64,000 bases of DNA from an uncultured Gammaproteobacteria bacterium (GTDB taxonomy: Bacteria; Pseudomonadota; Gammaproteobacteria; UBA9214), in the NCBI GenBank assembly GCA_963773065.1, contig CAVYZN010000028.1, positions 32,001-96,000 on the forward strand, given 5' to 3'. The position numbers were made by a program, and so were the translations under genes. The notes under the pieces were generated by a model that had not been told where the DNA came from, searched no databases, and saw only the letters and a program-made list of their open reading frames with translations. Of this stretch, positions 21,951-32,521 are shown piece after piece. How positions within the stretch are numbered: the first letter of the stretch is position 1; each line of letters starts with the position of its first letter.

Positions 21951-23447
21951 ATGAAAATTCTGTTTGCCAGCAGTGAAGCCCACCCGCTGATCAAAACCGG
22001 CGGACTCGCCGACGTTTCCGGCAGCTTGCCCCGCGCCATTCTCAACCAGCGCCAGGACATCCGGCTCATCATCCCAGCCTATCGACAGGTACTTCAACAG
22101 GCCAGTCGTCTGGAGCTTGTCGCCCATCTCGAACTGCCGGATGTCGATGAACCGGTGCGCATCCTCTGCGGGCATTTACCCGGCAGCAAGGTCACACTCT
22201 ACCTGGTCGACTCACCCGCTCATTTCGACCGTGAAGGCAATCCTTATACCATGGATGATGGCGATCCCTGGCCGGACAACGCCGAGCGTTTCAGCATATT
22301 CTGCCGCGCCATTTACGCCGTCGCCGTGGACGCGGCCGGGCTTGGCTGGCGGGCGGATATCGTGCATTGCAACGACTGGCAAACCGGGCTGGTTCCGCCC
22401 ATGCTGGCCGAAACACCCGCTGCACCGGCATCCATTTTCACCATACACAACCTCGCCTACCAGGGCCAGTTCGACTGGGACACATTCGAATCCCTCAGGC
22501 TACCGCCACACTGGTGGTCGATGGAGGCAATGGAGTTTCATGACCACTTCTCGTTTATCAAGGGCGGTCTGGTGTTCGCCGACTGGCTCACGACCGTCAG
22601 CCCGACCTACGCGCAGGAGATCCGCACCCGGGCGTTCGGTTGTGGACTGGAGGGCCTGCTCAACCACCGCAAGGAAAATCTGACCGGTATCCTGAACGGC
22701 GTGGATTACACCATCTGGAATCCCGGCGGCGATCCGCAAATTCCGGTTCCGTACAACCGCCGTTCGCTGTTCCACAAAGCCGAAAACAAGCGCGCCCTGC
22801 AGGAGCGCTTTGGGTTGCCCGTGAATGACTCGGCCCCGTTGTTTGCCATCATCAGCCGTCTGGTCAACCAGAAAGGGATTGACCTGGTCCTGGATATCCT
22901 GCCGGATCTGATCCTGCAGGGGGCGCAACTGGTGGTGCTTGGCAGCGGCGACAAGCTGCTTGAAGCCGCCTTGCGCAAAGCAGGCAAACAAAACCCGGAA
23001 AACATCGGCCTTCATATCGGTTATGACGAACCCCTGGCGCACCATATCGAGGCCGGCGCGGATATTTTCCTGATGCCCTCGCGCTTTGAACCCTGCGGTC
23101 TGAACCAGATCTACAGTCTGCGCTATGGAACCGTACCGATCGTCCGCCAAACCGGTGGTCTGGCGGACACGGTCATCGATACCGCGGCGGAAACCCTGGC
23201 CAACAAGACCGCCACGGGCTTCTGTTTTGACATACCCTCGGCCGACGCCCTGTGGGGGGCCGTGGAACGTGCGCTCCACCACTACCGTGAACCCGAAGTC
23301 TGGCGGCAACTGGTCGAAACCGGCATGCGCCAGGATTTCAGTTGGAGGCGCAGCGCGGAACGCTATATCGAATTGTATGAGCGGGTGCTCACGCGTCGCC
23401 AGTACGGCAGCCCGCTGACATCAACTACAACTACAATGTCTTACTAA
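21951..23447 (+). CDS. glgA: Glycogen synthase
   Basis: KTGGLADV, HCNDWQTG, TIHNLAYQG and PSRFEPCGL motifs. Confidence 0.97.
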   Translation: MKILFASSEAHPLIKTGGLADVSGSLPRAILNQRQDIRLIIPAYRQVLQQASRLELVAHLELPDVDEPVRILCGHLPGSKVTLYLVDSPAHFDREGNPYTMDDGDPWPDNAERFSIFCRAIYAVAVDAAGLGWRADIVHCNDWQTGLVPPMLAETPAAPASIFTIHNLAYQGQFDWDTFESLRLPPHWWSMEAMEFHDHFSFIKGGLVFADWLTTVSPTYAQEIRTRAFGCGLEGLLNHRKENLTGILNGVDYTIWNPGGDPQIPVPYNRRSLFHKAENKRALQERFGLPVNDSAPLFAIISRLVNQKGIDLVLDILPDLILQGAQLVVLGSGDKLLEAALRKAGKQNPENIGLHIGYDEPLAHHIEAGADIFLMPSRFEPCGLNQIYSLRYGTVPIVRQTGGLADTVIDTAAETLANKTATGFCFDIPSADALWGAVERALHHYREPEVWRQLVETGMRQDFSWRRSAERYIELYERVLTRRQYGSPLTSTTTTMSY

Positions 23448-23610
23448 GACCCTCACAAACAATGCCACGAGGTCCGGGAGGGCCTTGTCGGAACACGCCG
23501 TGAATACGTCCCTGTAGGCTCGCGTACCGCCGTCCTGGACGGTACACGGTTTCCGGCAAGCCCCTCCCGGACCGCGCCCTTGTAAAGTGGCTCTTCTAAC
23601 GAAGGTCTTA
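23445..23610. mobile_element. MITE-like palindromic element (~166 bp)
   Basis: Terminal IRs TAAGACCCTC / GAAGGTCTTA; internal hairpin GGTCCGGGAGGG...CCCCTCCCGGACC (23471-23573). Confidence 0.55.
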
Positions 23611-23727
23611 ATGGAAAAACTATCTCCAGAGATTTACATATGCTGCATTTAACCGGGAAGCGACGATGCTGCGTATAATCCGCTACCCGGAAACCTTGAA
23701 CAGTCCTCGCTCCGTCGTGCCCTGTTT

Positions 23728-26565
23728 GTGTCCATGACCCGACAGACCATTCCCGTATTCGACCAGCCCCGCGACCGGGAACTGCGCAGCCGGGTGCGTC
23801 TGTTTGACGACCTCCTCGGTGAAGTCCTGCAGGAGCAGACCGGCGCGCGGGTGCTGTCCGCCGTCGAGACTCTGCGCAAGGGTTATACCCGATTGCGCAA
23901 GCAGGAGAGTCACGCCTTGCGCACCCGCCTGAGCCGGCTTATCGAAGGCTTGCAGCCTGATGAACTGACTTATGTCATACGCGCCTTCAATATTTACTTC
24001 AGTCTGGTCAACATCGCCGAAGAGGCCTTTCAGCATCGGCAGCGCCGGCGGCTGGCGCGCCAGCAAGGCCCGCTGTGGTTCGGTTCCTTCACCCAGACCC
24101 TGCAGGAATTCCACGATGAAGGCGTGGAACCCTACCAACTGCAGATCCTGCTGAACCAGGCGCGCTACCTGCCCGTCTTTACCGCGCACCCGACCGAGGC
24201 CATACGCCGCACCGTCATGCTGGCATTGCGCCGCCTTTTTCTGACCAGCGAGAAGCTCGATGACAGGCGGCTGACCCGTGAGGAACGCGCCGACATCGTC
24301 CAGGAGCTGAAGCAACAGATACAGGTCCTGTGGAAGACCGATGAGGTGCGCCTGCACAAACCTACCGTCGAGGATGAAATCCGCAACGGCCTTTATTACT
24401 TCCGCGAAAGTCTGTTCGATGCCGTGCCGCAGACCTACCGCTACCTGGAAAAGGCGATTCGGCGCGTCTACTCATCGGACGACGGCAGGCCGGTCGTCAC
24501 CGTCCCCGGCGGACTGCTGCGTTTCGGGTCGTGGATAGGCGGCGACCGCGACGGCAATCCCTACGTCACGCCGGCCACGACGGTGACCGCCCTGCGCATG
24601 CATAGGCGCGAGGTGCTGATCGCCTATCTGCGCCGGGTGGAGGAACTGGGCAAGCGCCTGACACATTCCGATCGGCTGTGCACCTTATCACCCTCGCTCA
24701 TCGAGAGCATCAAGGCGGATGAGGCGAATTTCACCGCGGCCTACGCCGCTGCTCCCCGGCGCTACCTGCACGAGCCCTACCGGCGCAAACTCGGCTACAT
24801 GCGCCATCGCCTGAAACTGAATCTGGCGGCCATCATCCGGCGGATGGACGATCCGGCCGCTGATCCGGCGGAATGGCGCACCGGCTATGCCGGCGAGCAG
24901 GAATTCCTGCAGGACCTGCAACTGATCCGTGATTCGCTCAATGCCAACAACGACGCCAGTCTCGCCGAAGGCCGGCTGAAAGACCTGATCCGCCAGGTGG
25001 AGACCTTCGGCTTTTTCCTCATGCACCTCGATATCCGCCAGGAGTCCACGCGCCATACCGCGGCCGTTATCGATATCTGCCGCCGCCTACCCGGTCAGCC
25101 TGATTATGCCGCGCTCGATGAACCTGCCCGCCAGGAATTCCTCACCCGGGCGCTGGAGTCGCCGCCGCCGGCGCTCAGCCGCGACAAACTCACCGCCGGG
25201 ACACGGGAGACCCTGGAGGTGTTCGACGTCATGCGGCGCATGCAGAAGGAGGTCGGCGAAAACGCCTTCGGCAACTACGTCATCTCCATGACCCACACCG
25301 CCAGCCATATCCTCGAAGTCATGTACCTCGCCTGGCTGACCGGACTGGCTGGCCGGGAGGCGGATGCCTGGTTCTGCAAAATCCGCCTCAGCCCGCTGTT
25401 CGAGACCATCGGCGACCTCAAGCACATCGAAGATGTCCTGACGCAGTTGCTGGGCAACGCCACCTATCGGATATTGCTGAATTGCGCCTGCAAATGTCAG
25501 GAAATCATGCTGGGCTATTCCGACTCCTGCAAGGACGGCGGCATTCTCGCCTCCACCTGGAGCCTGTACGAGGCGCAGAAAAAGATCATCGCCATCGCCG
25601 ACCGCTACCAGATCCAGGTGCGGCTGTTTCACGGGCGCGGCGGCACCATCAGCCGCGGCGGCGGACCCACCCATGAGTCGATCCTGGCCCAACCGCCGGG
25701 CACCGTGCGTGGCCAGATCAAGTTCACCGAACAGGGCGAGGTGCTGCGTTACAAGTACAGCAACGCCGAGACCGCGGTCTACGAACTGGCCATGGGACTC
25801 ACCGGGCTGCTGAAGGCGAGCCTTATCGTGATCAAGCCGCACCGGGAGGACCGCCGCGACTACATGGGCATCATGGACGAACTGACCCGCCTCGGAGAAG
25901 CCGGCTATCGCGACCTGGTCGATCACACCGCGGGACTGTTCGACTACTTCTACGAAGCCACGCCGGTGACCGAGATCGGTCTGCTGAATATCGGCTCGCG
26001 TCCCTCGCACCGCCAGCAGCAGGACCGGTCCAAATCCTCCATCCGCGCCATACCATGGGTGTTCGGCTGGGCGCAATCGCGCCATACCCTGCCGGCATGG
26101 TATGGGCTCGGCACGGCGCTGGAGCAATGGCGCCAGGGCGACCCCGCCCGCCTGGCCACGCTGCAAACCATGTACCGGGGCTGGCCTTTTTTCGGTGCCC
26201 TGCTGAGCAATATCCAGATGGCGTTGTTCAAGGGCGAGATGAACATCGCACGGGAATACACCCGGCTCGCCGGCGACCAGGAGAGCGCGGAACGCATCTA
26301 TGACAAGATACGCGAGGAGTACCGGCGCACCGTTACCCAGGTACTGAATGTCTGCGGCATACAGCTCCTGCTGGAGGAAAGCCAGTCGCTCGGGCTGTCG
26401 CTGTATCGGCGCAATCCCTACCTCGATCCGCTGAACAACATCCAGGTGACGCTGCTCTCGCGCTATCGCGATACCAGCCGCGGCGAGGTGGAGCGGGAGC
26501 GCTGGCTGCATCCCCTGCTGCGCTCCATCAACGCCATCGCCAGTGGCATGCGCAACACCGGCTGA
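23728..26565 (+). CDS. ppc: Phosphoenolpyruvate carboxylase
   Basis: VFTAHPTE, SWIGGDRDGNP, MLGYSDSCKDGG, FHGRGG, RAIPW and terminal MRNTG. Confidence 0.98.
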   Translation: MSMTRQTIPVFDQPRDRELRSRVRLFDDLLGEVLQEQTGARVLSAVETLRKGYTRLRKQESHALRTRLSRLIEGLQPDELTYVIRAFNIYFSLVNIAEEAFQHRQRRRLARQQGPLWFGSFTQTLQEFHDEGVEPYQLQILLNQARYLPVFTAHPTEAIRRTVMLALRRLFLTSEKLDDRRLTREERADIVQELKQQIQVLWKTDEVRLHKPTVEDEIRNGLYYFRESLFDAVPQTYRYLEKAIRRVYSSDDGRPVVTVPGGLLRFGSWIGGDRDGNPYVTPATTVTALRMHRREVLIAYLRRVEELGKRLTHSDRLCTLSPSLIESIKADEANFTAAYAAAPRRYLHEPYRRKLGYMRHRLKLNLAAIIRRMDDPAADPAEWRTGYAGEQEFLQDLQLIRDSLNANNDASLAEGRLKDLIRQVETFGFFLMHLDIRQESTRHTAAVIDICRRLPGQPDYAALDEPARQEFLTRALESPPPALSRDKLTAGTRETLEVFDVMRRMQKEVGENAFGNYVISMTHTASHILEVMYLAWLTGLAGREADAWFCKIRLSPLFETIGDLKHIEDVLTQLLGNATYRILLNCACKCQEIMLGYSDSCKDGGILASTWSLYEAQKKIIAIADRYQIQVRLFHGRGGTISRGGGPTHESILAQPPGTVRGQIKFTEQGEVLRYKYSNAETAVYELAMGLTGLLKASLIVIKPHREDRRDYMGIMDELTRLGEAGYRDLVDHTAGLFDYFYEATPVTEIGLLNIGSRPSHRQQQDRSKSSIRAIPWVFGWAQSRHTLPAWYGLGTALEQWRQGDPARLATLQTMYRGWPFFGALLSNIQMALFKGEMNIAREYTRLAGDQESAERIYDKIREEYRRTVTQVLNVCGIQLLLEESQSLGLSLYRRNPYLDPLNNIQVTLLSRYRDTSRGEVERERWLHPLLRSINAIASGMRNTG

Positions 26566-26657
26566 CGGCCCCGCCGGGGATGCTCTCAAGCGTTCGCGGA
26601 AGGTGCCGTCTATAGGTTATAGTATCCGCACCGCCACCGACCGGAGTCCCCTTGTCC

Positions 26658-28031
26658 ATGGCAACCCGACTCGCACTCGTAGTCGATGATTCCAAAACCG
26701 CACGCGTGACCCTGCAACGCATGCTGGAAAAGCAGGGTCTGGACGTCGACGCGCTGGAGTCCGCGCAGGCTGCTTTGCATTACCTTATCAACAAGGTCCC
26801 GGATGTGATTTTCATGGATCACATGATGCCCGGCATGGACGGTTTCCAGGCGGTTGAAGCCATCAAGAACAATCCGGACACCGCCACCATCCCCATCATG
26901 ATGTTCACCTCCAAAGGCGGCGACCTGTATGTCAGCCAGGCGCGCGCCCTCGGCGCAATCGGCATCCTGCCCAAGGAGGTCCAGCCGGCCGAGTTGTATC
27001 AGGTGCTCACCAATCTCGGTCTGGTGAAAGACCGGCGCACCAAGACGGTACCGGGCAAGAGCGCCTTCGTGCTGCTCGACACCCCTCCCGAGATTGCCGT
27101 CTCAGGGACCACCGAAGACATCCAGGAGATCGCCCGAAAGGCCGCCGAATCCGTATCAAGTAACAATGAATTACATGAACATATTGGTGTGCTGCTTGAG
27201 GATCATTACGGTGCTATCAGGCAGGAGATCCGGAATCTCCGGCACCGCATCGAGCAGGACGTTGTAGCCGAATCCGCCGACAACACGGCTAATGCCGCGC
27301 GACTGGCGATAGCGCGTACGGCCGGCCTGCTGATCGCCCTCGTGCTGGTCGGGATGATGCTGGTACCCTCGGTCTGGCTGTACCGTCATAACGACGAGAC
27401 CCGTCTGGCGCTGAACGATGCACGACTCGAAATCGACCGCCTGCGCACTCTTCAGCAGGAGGAAAAAACCGCCATCGAGGAGCGTGCCTCGCTGCGCGCC
27501 CGGCTGGACAAACAAAGAAGCAATCGCGCCGCCACGAACCCCGAGTTGCTGTACAACAGCATCGTATGGGCCATCAACCAAAGCAGCCCCTACGACTTCC
27601 ACGAAGAAGCCTTCAGCGACCGGCGGTTGGCGATGGTCTACGAACTGGTTTCACGCCTGCAGGCCGTCGGTTTCAAGGGTGTGGTACAACTCCACTCCTA
27701 TCTGGGCGAGTTCTGTCTCGCCGGCAACGAGGTGGATGGTTACACGCTCGCCTCCCCTGATCTGCCGGTGCGTGAATGCGCCACCTTCGGACATCCCTTG
27801 CAGGGTCTCCCAGCGCTCGGGGAAAGGCAGTCGATCGCCTTTGCCAACTTCCTCGCCACCTCACCGCTGGTGAATGGCGGCGGCATCAGGATCCAGATCA
27901 TTTCCCACCAGTTCAGCAAGCCGCAACTGGACTACCCATCCCGTGACTCCGACGTCACGGCCAATGAATGGAATCGAATCGCCGCGGCCAACAACCGGGT
28001 TGAAGTGGCGCTGGTGCCCGCGAAACCGTAA
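26658..28031 (+). CDS. Response-regulator receiver domain + TM helix + coiled coil + uncharacterised C-terminal domain
   Basis: VVDDS, FMDHMMPGMDG and LPKE receiver motifs; hydrophobic segment AGLLIALVLVGMMLVPSVWLY. Confidence 0.8.
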   Translation: MATRLALVVDDSKTARVTLQRMLEKQGLDVDALESAQAALHYLINKVPDVIFMDHMMPGMDGFQAVEAIKNNPDTATIPIMMFTSKGGDLYVSQARALGAIGILPKEVQPAELYQVLTNLGLVKDRRTKTVPGKSAFVLLDTPPEIAVSGTTEDIQEIARKAAESVSSNNELHEHIGVLLEDHYGAIRQEIRNLRHRIEQDVVAESADNTANAARLAIARTAGLLIALVLVGMMLVPSVWLYRHNDETRLALNDARLEIDRLRTLQQEEKTAIEERASLRARLDKQRSNRAATNPELLYNSIVWAINQSSPYDFHEEAFSDRRLAMVYELVSRLQAVGFKGVVQLHSYLGEFCLAGNEVDGYTLASPDLPVRECATFGHPLQGLPALGERQSIAFANFLATSPLVNGGGIRIQIISHQFSKPQLDYPSRDSDVTANEWNRIAAANNRVEVALVPAKP

Positions 28032-28138
28032 AGACCGGGAATCGATAGGCGGCCGCGCCGCCCCACGCAAGCAGCAGGGCGAGGCTTACCAGAATCAGCG
28101 CACCGGCGCGTCGAGGAACGGCGCAAGGAGCGCGGAAC

Positions 28139-29372
28139 CTAATCCGTGATGTGGAACAGGCGGCCGTCGTAGCTCACGACATAGATCTCGCCGTTGTTCG
28201 CCTCACCGAAGGACGACATGTTCAGGCCGGTATCGAGACCGGTGGTCACTTCCAGCGTCGGCGCGGTGGTATTCGGAATGTTCCAGATTCTGCCGGTGCC
28301 GAAGTCGCCGAAGATGTAGCGGCCCCCCAGGGCCGGGTACGCGGAGCCGCGATACACGTAGCCACCCGTGACCGTGGTGCCGACCGTGCGCCCGTAGTCT
28401 ACGATCGGCGCCTGCAGATTCGAGGGTGAGCCGCAGGCGAGTCCCGTATTGCGCGTGCCCTCGAAGCAGCGCCAGCCGTAATTGCCGCCGAGCGCGACGC
28501 GATCGACTTCCTCGCGCGCGCTTTGCCCCACGTCGCCGACCCAGAGCTCGCCCGTCTGCCGGTCGAAACTCCAGCGCCAGGGATTGCGGAATCCCCAGGC
28601 AAAGATTTCCGGGCAGTTCATGGTCCCGGAACCGTTGGCGCCGCAGGGCGGATTGGCGGCGAAGGGGTTGCCCGACGGGATCCGGTAGTTGAAGCCGCCC
28701 GCGCCCGCGGCGATGTCGATGCGCAGCATCTTGCCGAGCAGGGTGGTAAGCAACTGGGCGTTGCCAATGGCACCGTGCTGATCGTTGCCGCCGCCGCCAT
28801 CGCCGATGCCAAGGTACAGGAATCCATCATCCGGCCCGAAGGCGATCCCGCCGCCGTTGTGATTGTCTTCCGGCTTGTCGATCGTGAGCAGAATCCGCTC
28901 CGAGGCTGGGTCGAGCGTGCCACCGCCATCGGGCGTCGTGAATTCCGCGAGCCGCGACACCAGGCCCGCTGACGCGTCGGAGTAGGAATAGAAGAGATAC
29001 GCACGCGGATCGGTCGGGAAATTGGGATGGAAGGCCATGCCCAGCAGTCCCGTTTCGCCGGCGGAGGTCACCCGTGCCGAGATATCGATGAACGTAGAGG
29101 AGGTCGTGACCATTGAGTTGTTGTCGAACACGCGCACGCGCCCCGCCTGTTCGACGACGAACCAGCGCGTGCTATCGCCGGGCGCCTGCAACATGGCCAC
29201 CGGGCTGCTGAATGAAAGGCCTGCGAATATCGGTTCGATCCCGACCGTCACGGTGGGTCGGCGGTGGCGACGATGTGCCGCCGCCCCCACCGGAGCTTCC
29301 GCCGCCGCAGCCACACAGGATGAGTGCGCCGCCCAGAACCACGATCCAGCGCCAGCGCAGCAGGTTGGTCAT
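28139..29372 (-). CDS. Glucose/sorbosone (PQQ-dependent sugar) dehydrogenase family lipoprotein (frameshift near 29270)
   Basis: GLLGMAFHP, NHNGG, GDGG, GFRNPWR, GDVGQ and GGNYGW motifs; lipobox LCGC in the upstream frame. Confidence 0.88.
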
Positions 29373-29575
29373 CAGGCGATCCTCGTGTAATGGAGTATAA
29401 GAACAATAAACGCCCTCTTCCCCCACGTCCACGGGTAGTTCGCGGGTAACGGGACACCGTTTTTCCTGCCATCGCCACGAATTCTTGACTCCATCCCGCT
29501 TCCCCGGCCGAAAAATCCTCCCGCATTACCTACACTTTGACGCCGATCCCGGCCGTCAGACCAACCGCTTCCCTC

Positions 29576-29692
29576 GGCAACTGCTCCATGCGTCGCCTAA
29601 GGCGCCTACTTTTGGTGCCCTACCTCCGCGGCAACTGCTCCCTACGTTACCCTACCTCCTACATCCCTGTAGTCGTGCATCCATGCAGTCGT
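29576..29692. repeat. Nested copies of a GGCAACTGCTCC...CATCCATGCAGTCGT repeat
   Basis: Inner copy 29630-29676 sits inside an outer copy 29576-29692. Confidence 0.7.
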
Positions 29693-29869
29693 GCCCTTGC
29701 ATCAGGTTCGCAGCCATGCGAGTTGAGGAGTAGGTTTCCCGCGTGTCAGTCGAAGAGGCTCGCTCGCGGAGGGGCCCCGCAGAAATTTGAACATCGCTGG
29801 CCTGAACTTCGGTCGGAAGTATGCGTTCAGGTCGCTGGACCACCCAGGACGGGCTCGAATGGCAAAGTC

Positions 29870-29958
29870 TGTTAAGGGTTGTAAGATGCCTGCCCCCAGC
29901 CGCAGGCCTGTGAGGCTACACATGAACTCAACGGGCAGGCGTCTGACAACCCTTAACA
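29870..29958. repeat. Inverted repeat with ~26 bp arms
   Basis: TGTTAAGGGTTGTAAGATGCCTGCCC ... GGGCAGGCGTCTGACAACCCTTAACA. Confidence 0.8.
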
Positions 29959-30205
29959 ATCTCTGACGTTGTCATACCCTGGTACGGTGCGGATCGCATC
30001 GCTACCTTAATAAACCGACTCCACAGCCATCCCCACCGAGCCTCACAGAACTGATTCCCACCATCTTCTCCTCTCCATCCCACGCAATAGGCGCGGGCAT
30101 CGGCGGTAACAGCAGCCAGCCATTTAACCCGGCCGCTTTGGCCATGTCGTCCGTTTCGCTCAGCACACTATCCTCTCCGACAAGACGATCAGCCCGCCGG
30201 CCGGC

Positions 30206-32211
30206 CTATTCCGCCGGAGGAACCTTTTTATCCCCGCCCTTCCCGCCCGCCGCCGCGACCGGTTGGGCGCGCAGCAACTCCCGCCAGTTGACCAGGATGG
30301 AGGGCATGGCCTCGGGCGCATCGGCCAGTTGCGCCGCGGCCCAGGCGGCGGTCCGCCGCGCCGCTTGCGTATAGCGTTCATCCCCCGTCACCCGGCCGAG
30401 AGCGAGCAGCGCCTGGATGGCCACGCCATTGACCGACAGGCTCGCCCCGTCGTTCACCTCCTTTTCGCGCAGCCACAAGCCGCTGTCCGCCGTGGTTCGA
30501 TAGAAGCCGCCGTGATCGACATCCTGGTAGCGTTCCAGCATGCCATCCGCCAGTCGGCGCGCCGTCGCCAGCCAGCGCGGCTCGCCGCTTGTCTCGTACA
30601 GCCCCAGCAATCCCGCGACGAGGGCCGCGTAATCCTCGCAGAAACCCGGCACACCGCGCACACCCTGGCGCCAATCGCGGTACAGCATACCCGTCCCATT
30701 ATCGTATAGGTTCTCCAGGATGAAGCCGGCCGCGGCGCCGGCCGCGGCGGTGTAACGCGGCTCATCGAGCAGCCGCCCCGAGAGCGCCAGCGTGTCGATC
30801 AGGTAACCGTTCCAGACCGTGACGATCTTGTCATCGACCGGTACGGCGGGACGAAGTTGCCGGGCATTCAACAGTCGTCGCTCGACCTCGGCGGTGCGCT
30901 GCTTGGCCGTCTCGATATCCACCCCGAATTGCCGCGCGAGCGCCTCGGTGTCCATCGCCAGGTAGGGCACGTTCCTGCCCGCGAGTTCACCCAGCGGATC
31001 ATCCTGCGCATTACCCGACTCGGTGAGGCCGTAACGCGCCGCCGCCCATTGGCGCAGTTCCCCTTCGCCGAGCGCCCCGGTGAGCTGTCGCCAGTTCCAG
31101 GTGTAATACGCCCCCTCCTGCGGTCGACCGGCTGGGTCCGACTCGGCCGGACTGTCGGCGCTCAAGGCGGACCAGAAGCCGCCGCCGGGGGCACGCAGAT
31201 GCGCCAGCGTGGAATCGAGGGTCTTGCGCGCCACCTCGGCATACTTTTGTTCCCCGCTCCGGCGCCAGGCAATGAGGTAAGCGCGCGCGATCAATGCCTG
31301 GTCGTAGAGCATCTTCTCGAAATGCGGCACGCGCCATTCAAAATCCGTGGCATAGCGGTGGAAGCCGCCCCCCAGTTGATCATGGATACCGCCGGCGGCC
31401 ATGTGATCCAGCGTGTGCAGGGCCATGGCCGCACTGGCCGGATCGTCGTCCTGCAGCAGGAAAAACAACCGCGCCGGCTGCGGAAACTTGGGCGCCGGGC
31501 CGAAGCCACCCTGCACCTCATCGTAGTCTGCCGCCATCTGCCGGCGCGCCTCGACCGGCAGCGCCTCGCTCAGCTTCACTGACGGAGCGGCCGAGGACTC
31601 CTGCTGGCGCAGCACGGCCACCGCCCGCTCCCCGGTCTCGCGCAGGCTCTTCGCCTCCGTGGCCCAGAGCCCGGCCAGCCGGGTCAGTAACTGTTTCATG
31701 CCAATACGGCCCATGGCGTCGTCCGGGGGAATATAGGTGCCGCCGAGAAACGGGTAGCCCTCCGGCGTCGCCCATACGGACAGCGGCCAGCCGCCCTGGC
31801 CGCGCGTGGCGATGACATAGGCCATGTAGGCGGCGTCCACGTCCGGGCGCTGCTCGCGGTCCACCTTGACGGCGACGAAATGCGCATTCAGCAGGGCGGC
31901 GATTTCCGGATTGCTAAATGATTCACGCGCCATGACATGGCACCAGTGACAGGTGAAATAGCCGATGGAGATGAACAGCGGCTTGTTTTCCCGGCGCGCC
32001 TTCGCGAAGGCTTCCTCGCCCCAGGGAAACCATTCGACCGGATTGTCCGCGTGCAGGCGCAGGTAGGGGCTCGACTCCTGCGCCAGCCGCCAGCCGCCGG
32101 TCTTCTCCGGCTGCGCCGCGGTGTCGGGCGCGGCCGTGGTGATAAACAGCAGCACCAGAGCCGCGGCGCGCGGCCAGTGAGGAAACCGGTGAAGGCGATG
32201 TGCGGGGTCAT
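30206..32211 (-). CDS. Thioredoxin-domain protein, YyaL/SSP411 family (possible frameshift in the signal peptide)
   Basis: [44 protein letters not shown] and EDYA motifs. Confidence 0.9.
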
Positions 32212-32265
32212 GGGTCGATGCGGCAGGCGGCTGCCCGCGAATTTCCAGGGTTCCGGTACGACGCG

Positions 32266-32481
32266 CTAACGCCGGAAAAACAGGTTGATGAGGATCGTCA
32301 GCACCACGCTGACGACGATCATCGAGGTGACCGGGAAGATGAACGTGCCGTTCTCCCGCTCGATGCGGATATCCCCTGGCAGGTGACCGAACCAGCCCAG
32401 CCAGCCCGGGGCGAAGGTGAGCACCAGGCCGAGCAGGACCAGCACCAGGCCAAGCAGCAGGATCAGCTTGCCGAACGCCAT
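32266..32481 (-). CDS. DUF2905 family small membrane protein
   Basis: [10 protein letters not shown]...FIFPVTSMI pattern between two TM helices. Confidence 0.85.
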   Translation of the reverse strand: MAFGKLILLLGLVLVLLGLVLTFAPGWLGWFGHLPGDIRIERENGTFIFPVTSMIVVSVVLTILINLFFRR

Positions 32482-32521
32482 CGCCCCGGCCGCCGTGGTG
32501 ATTCTCCGGCGGTCATCCTGT

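Noticed and set aside
29870-29958. Integron attC site
   Set aside because: The order is GTTAAGG...CCTTAAC, the reverse of RYYYAAC...GTTRRRY, and there is no cassette ORF or integrase
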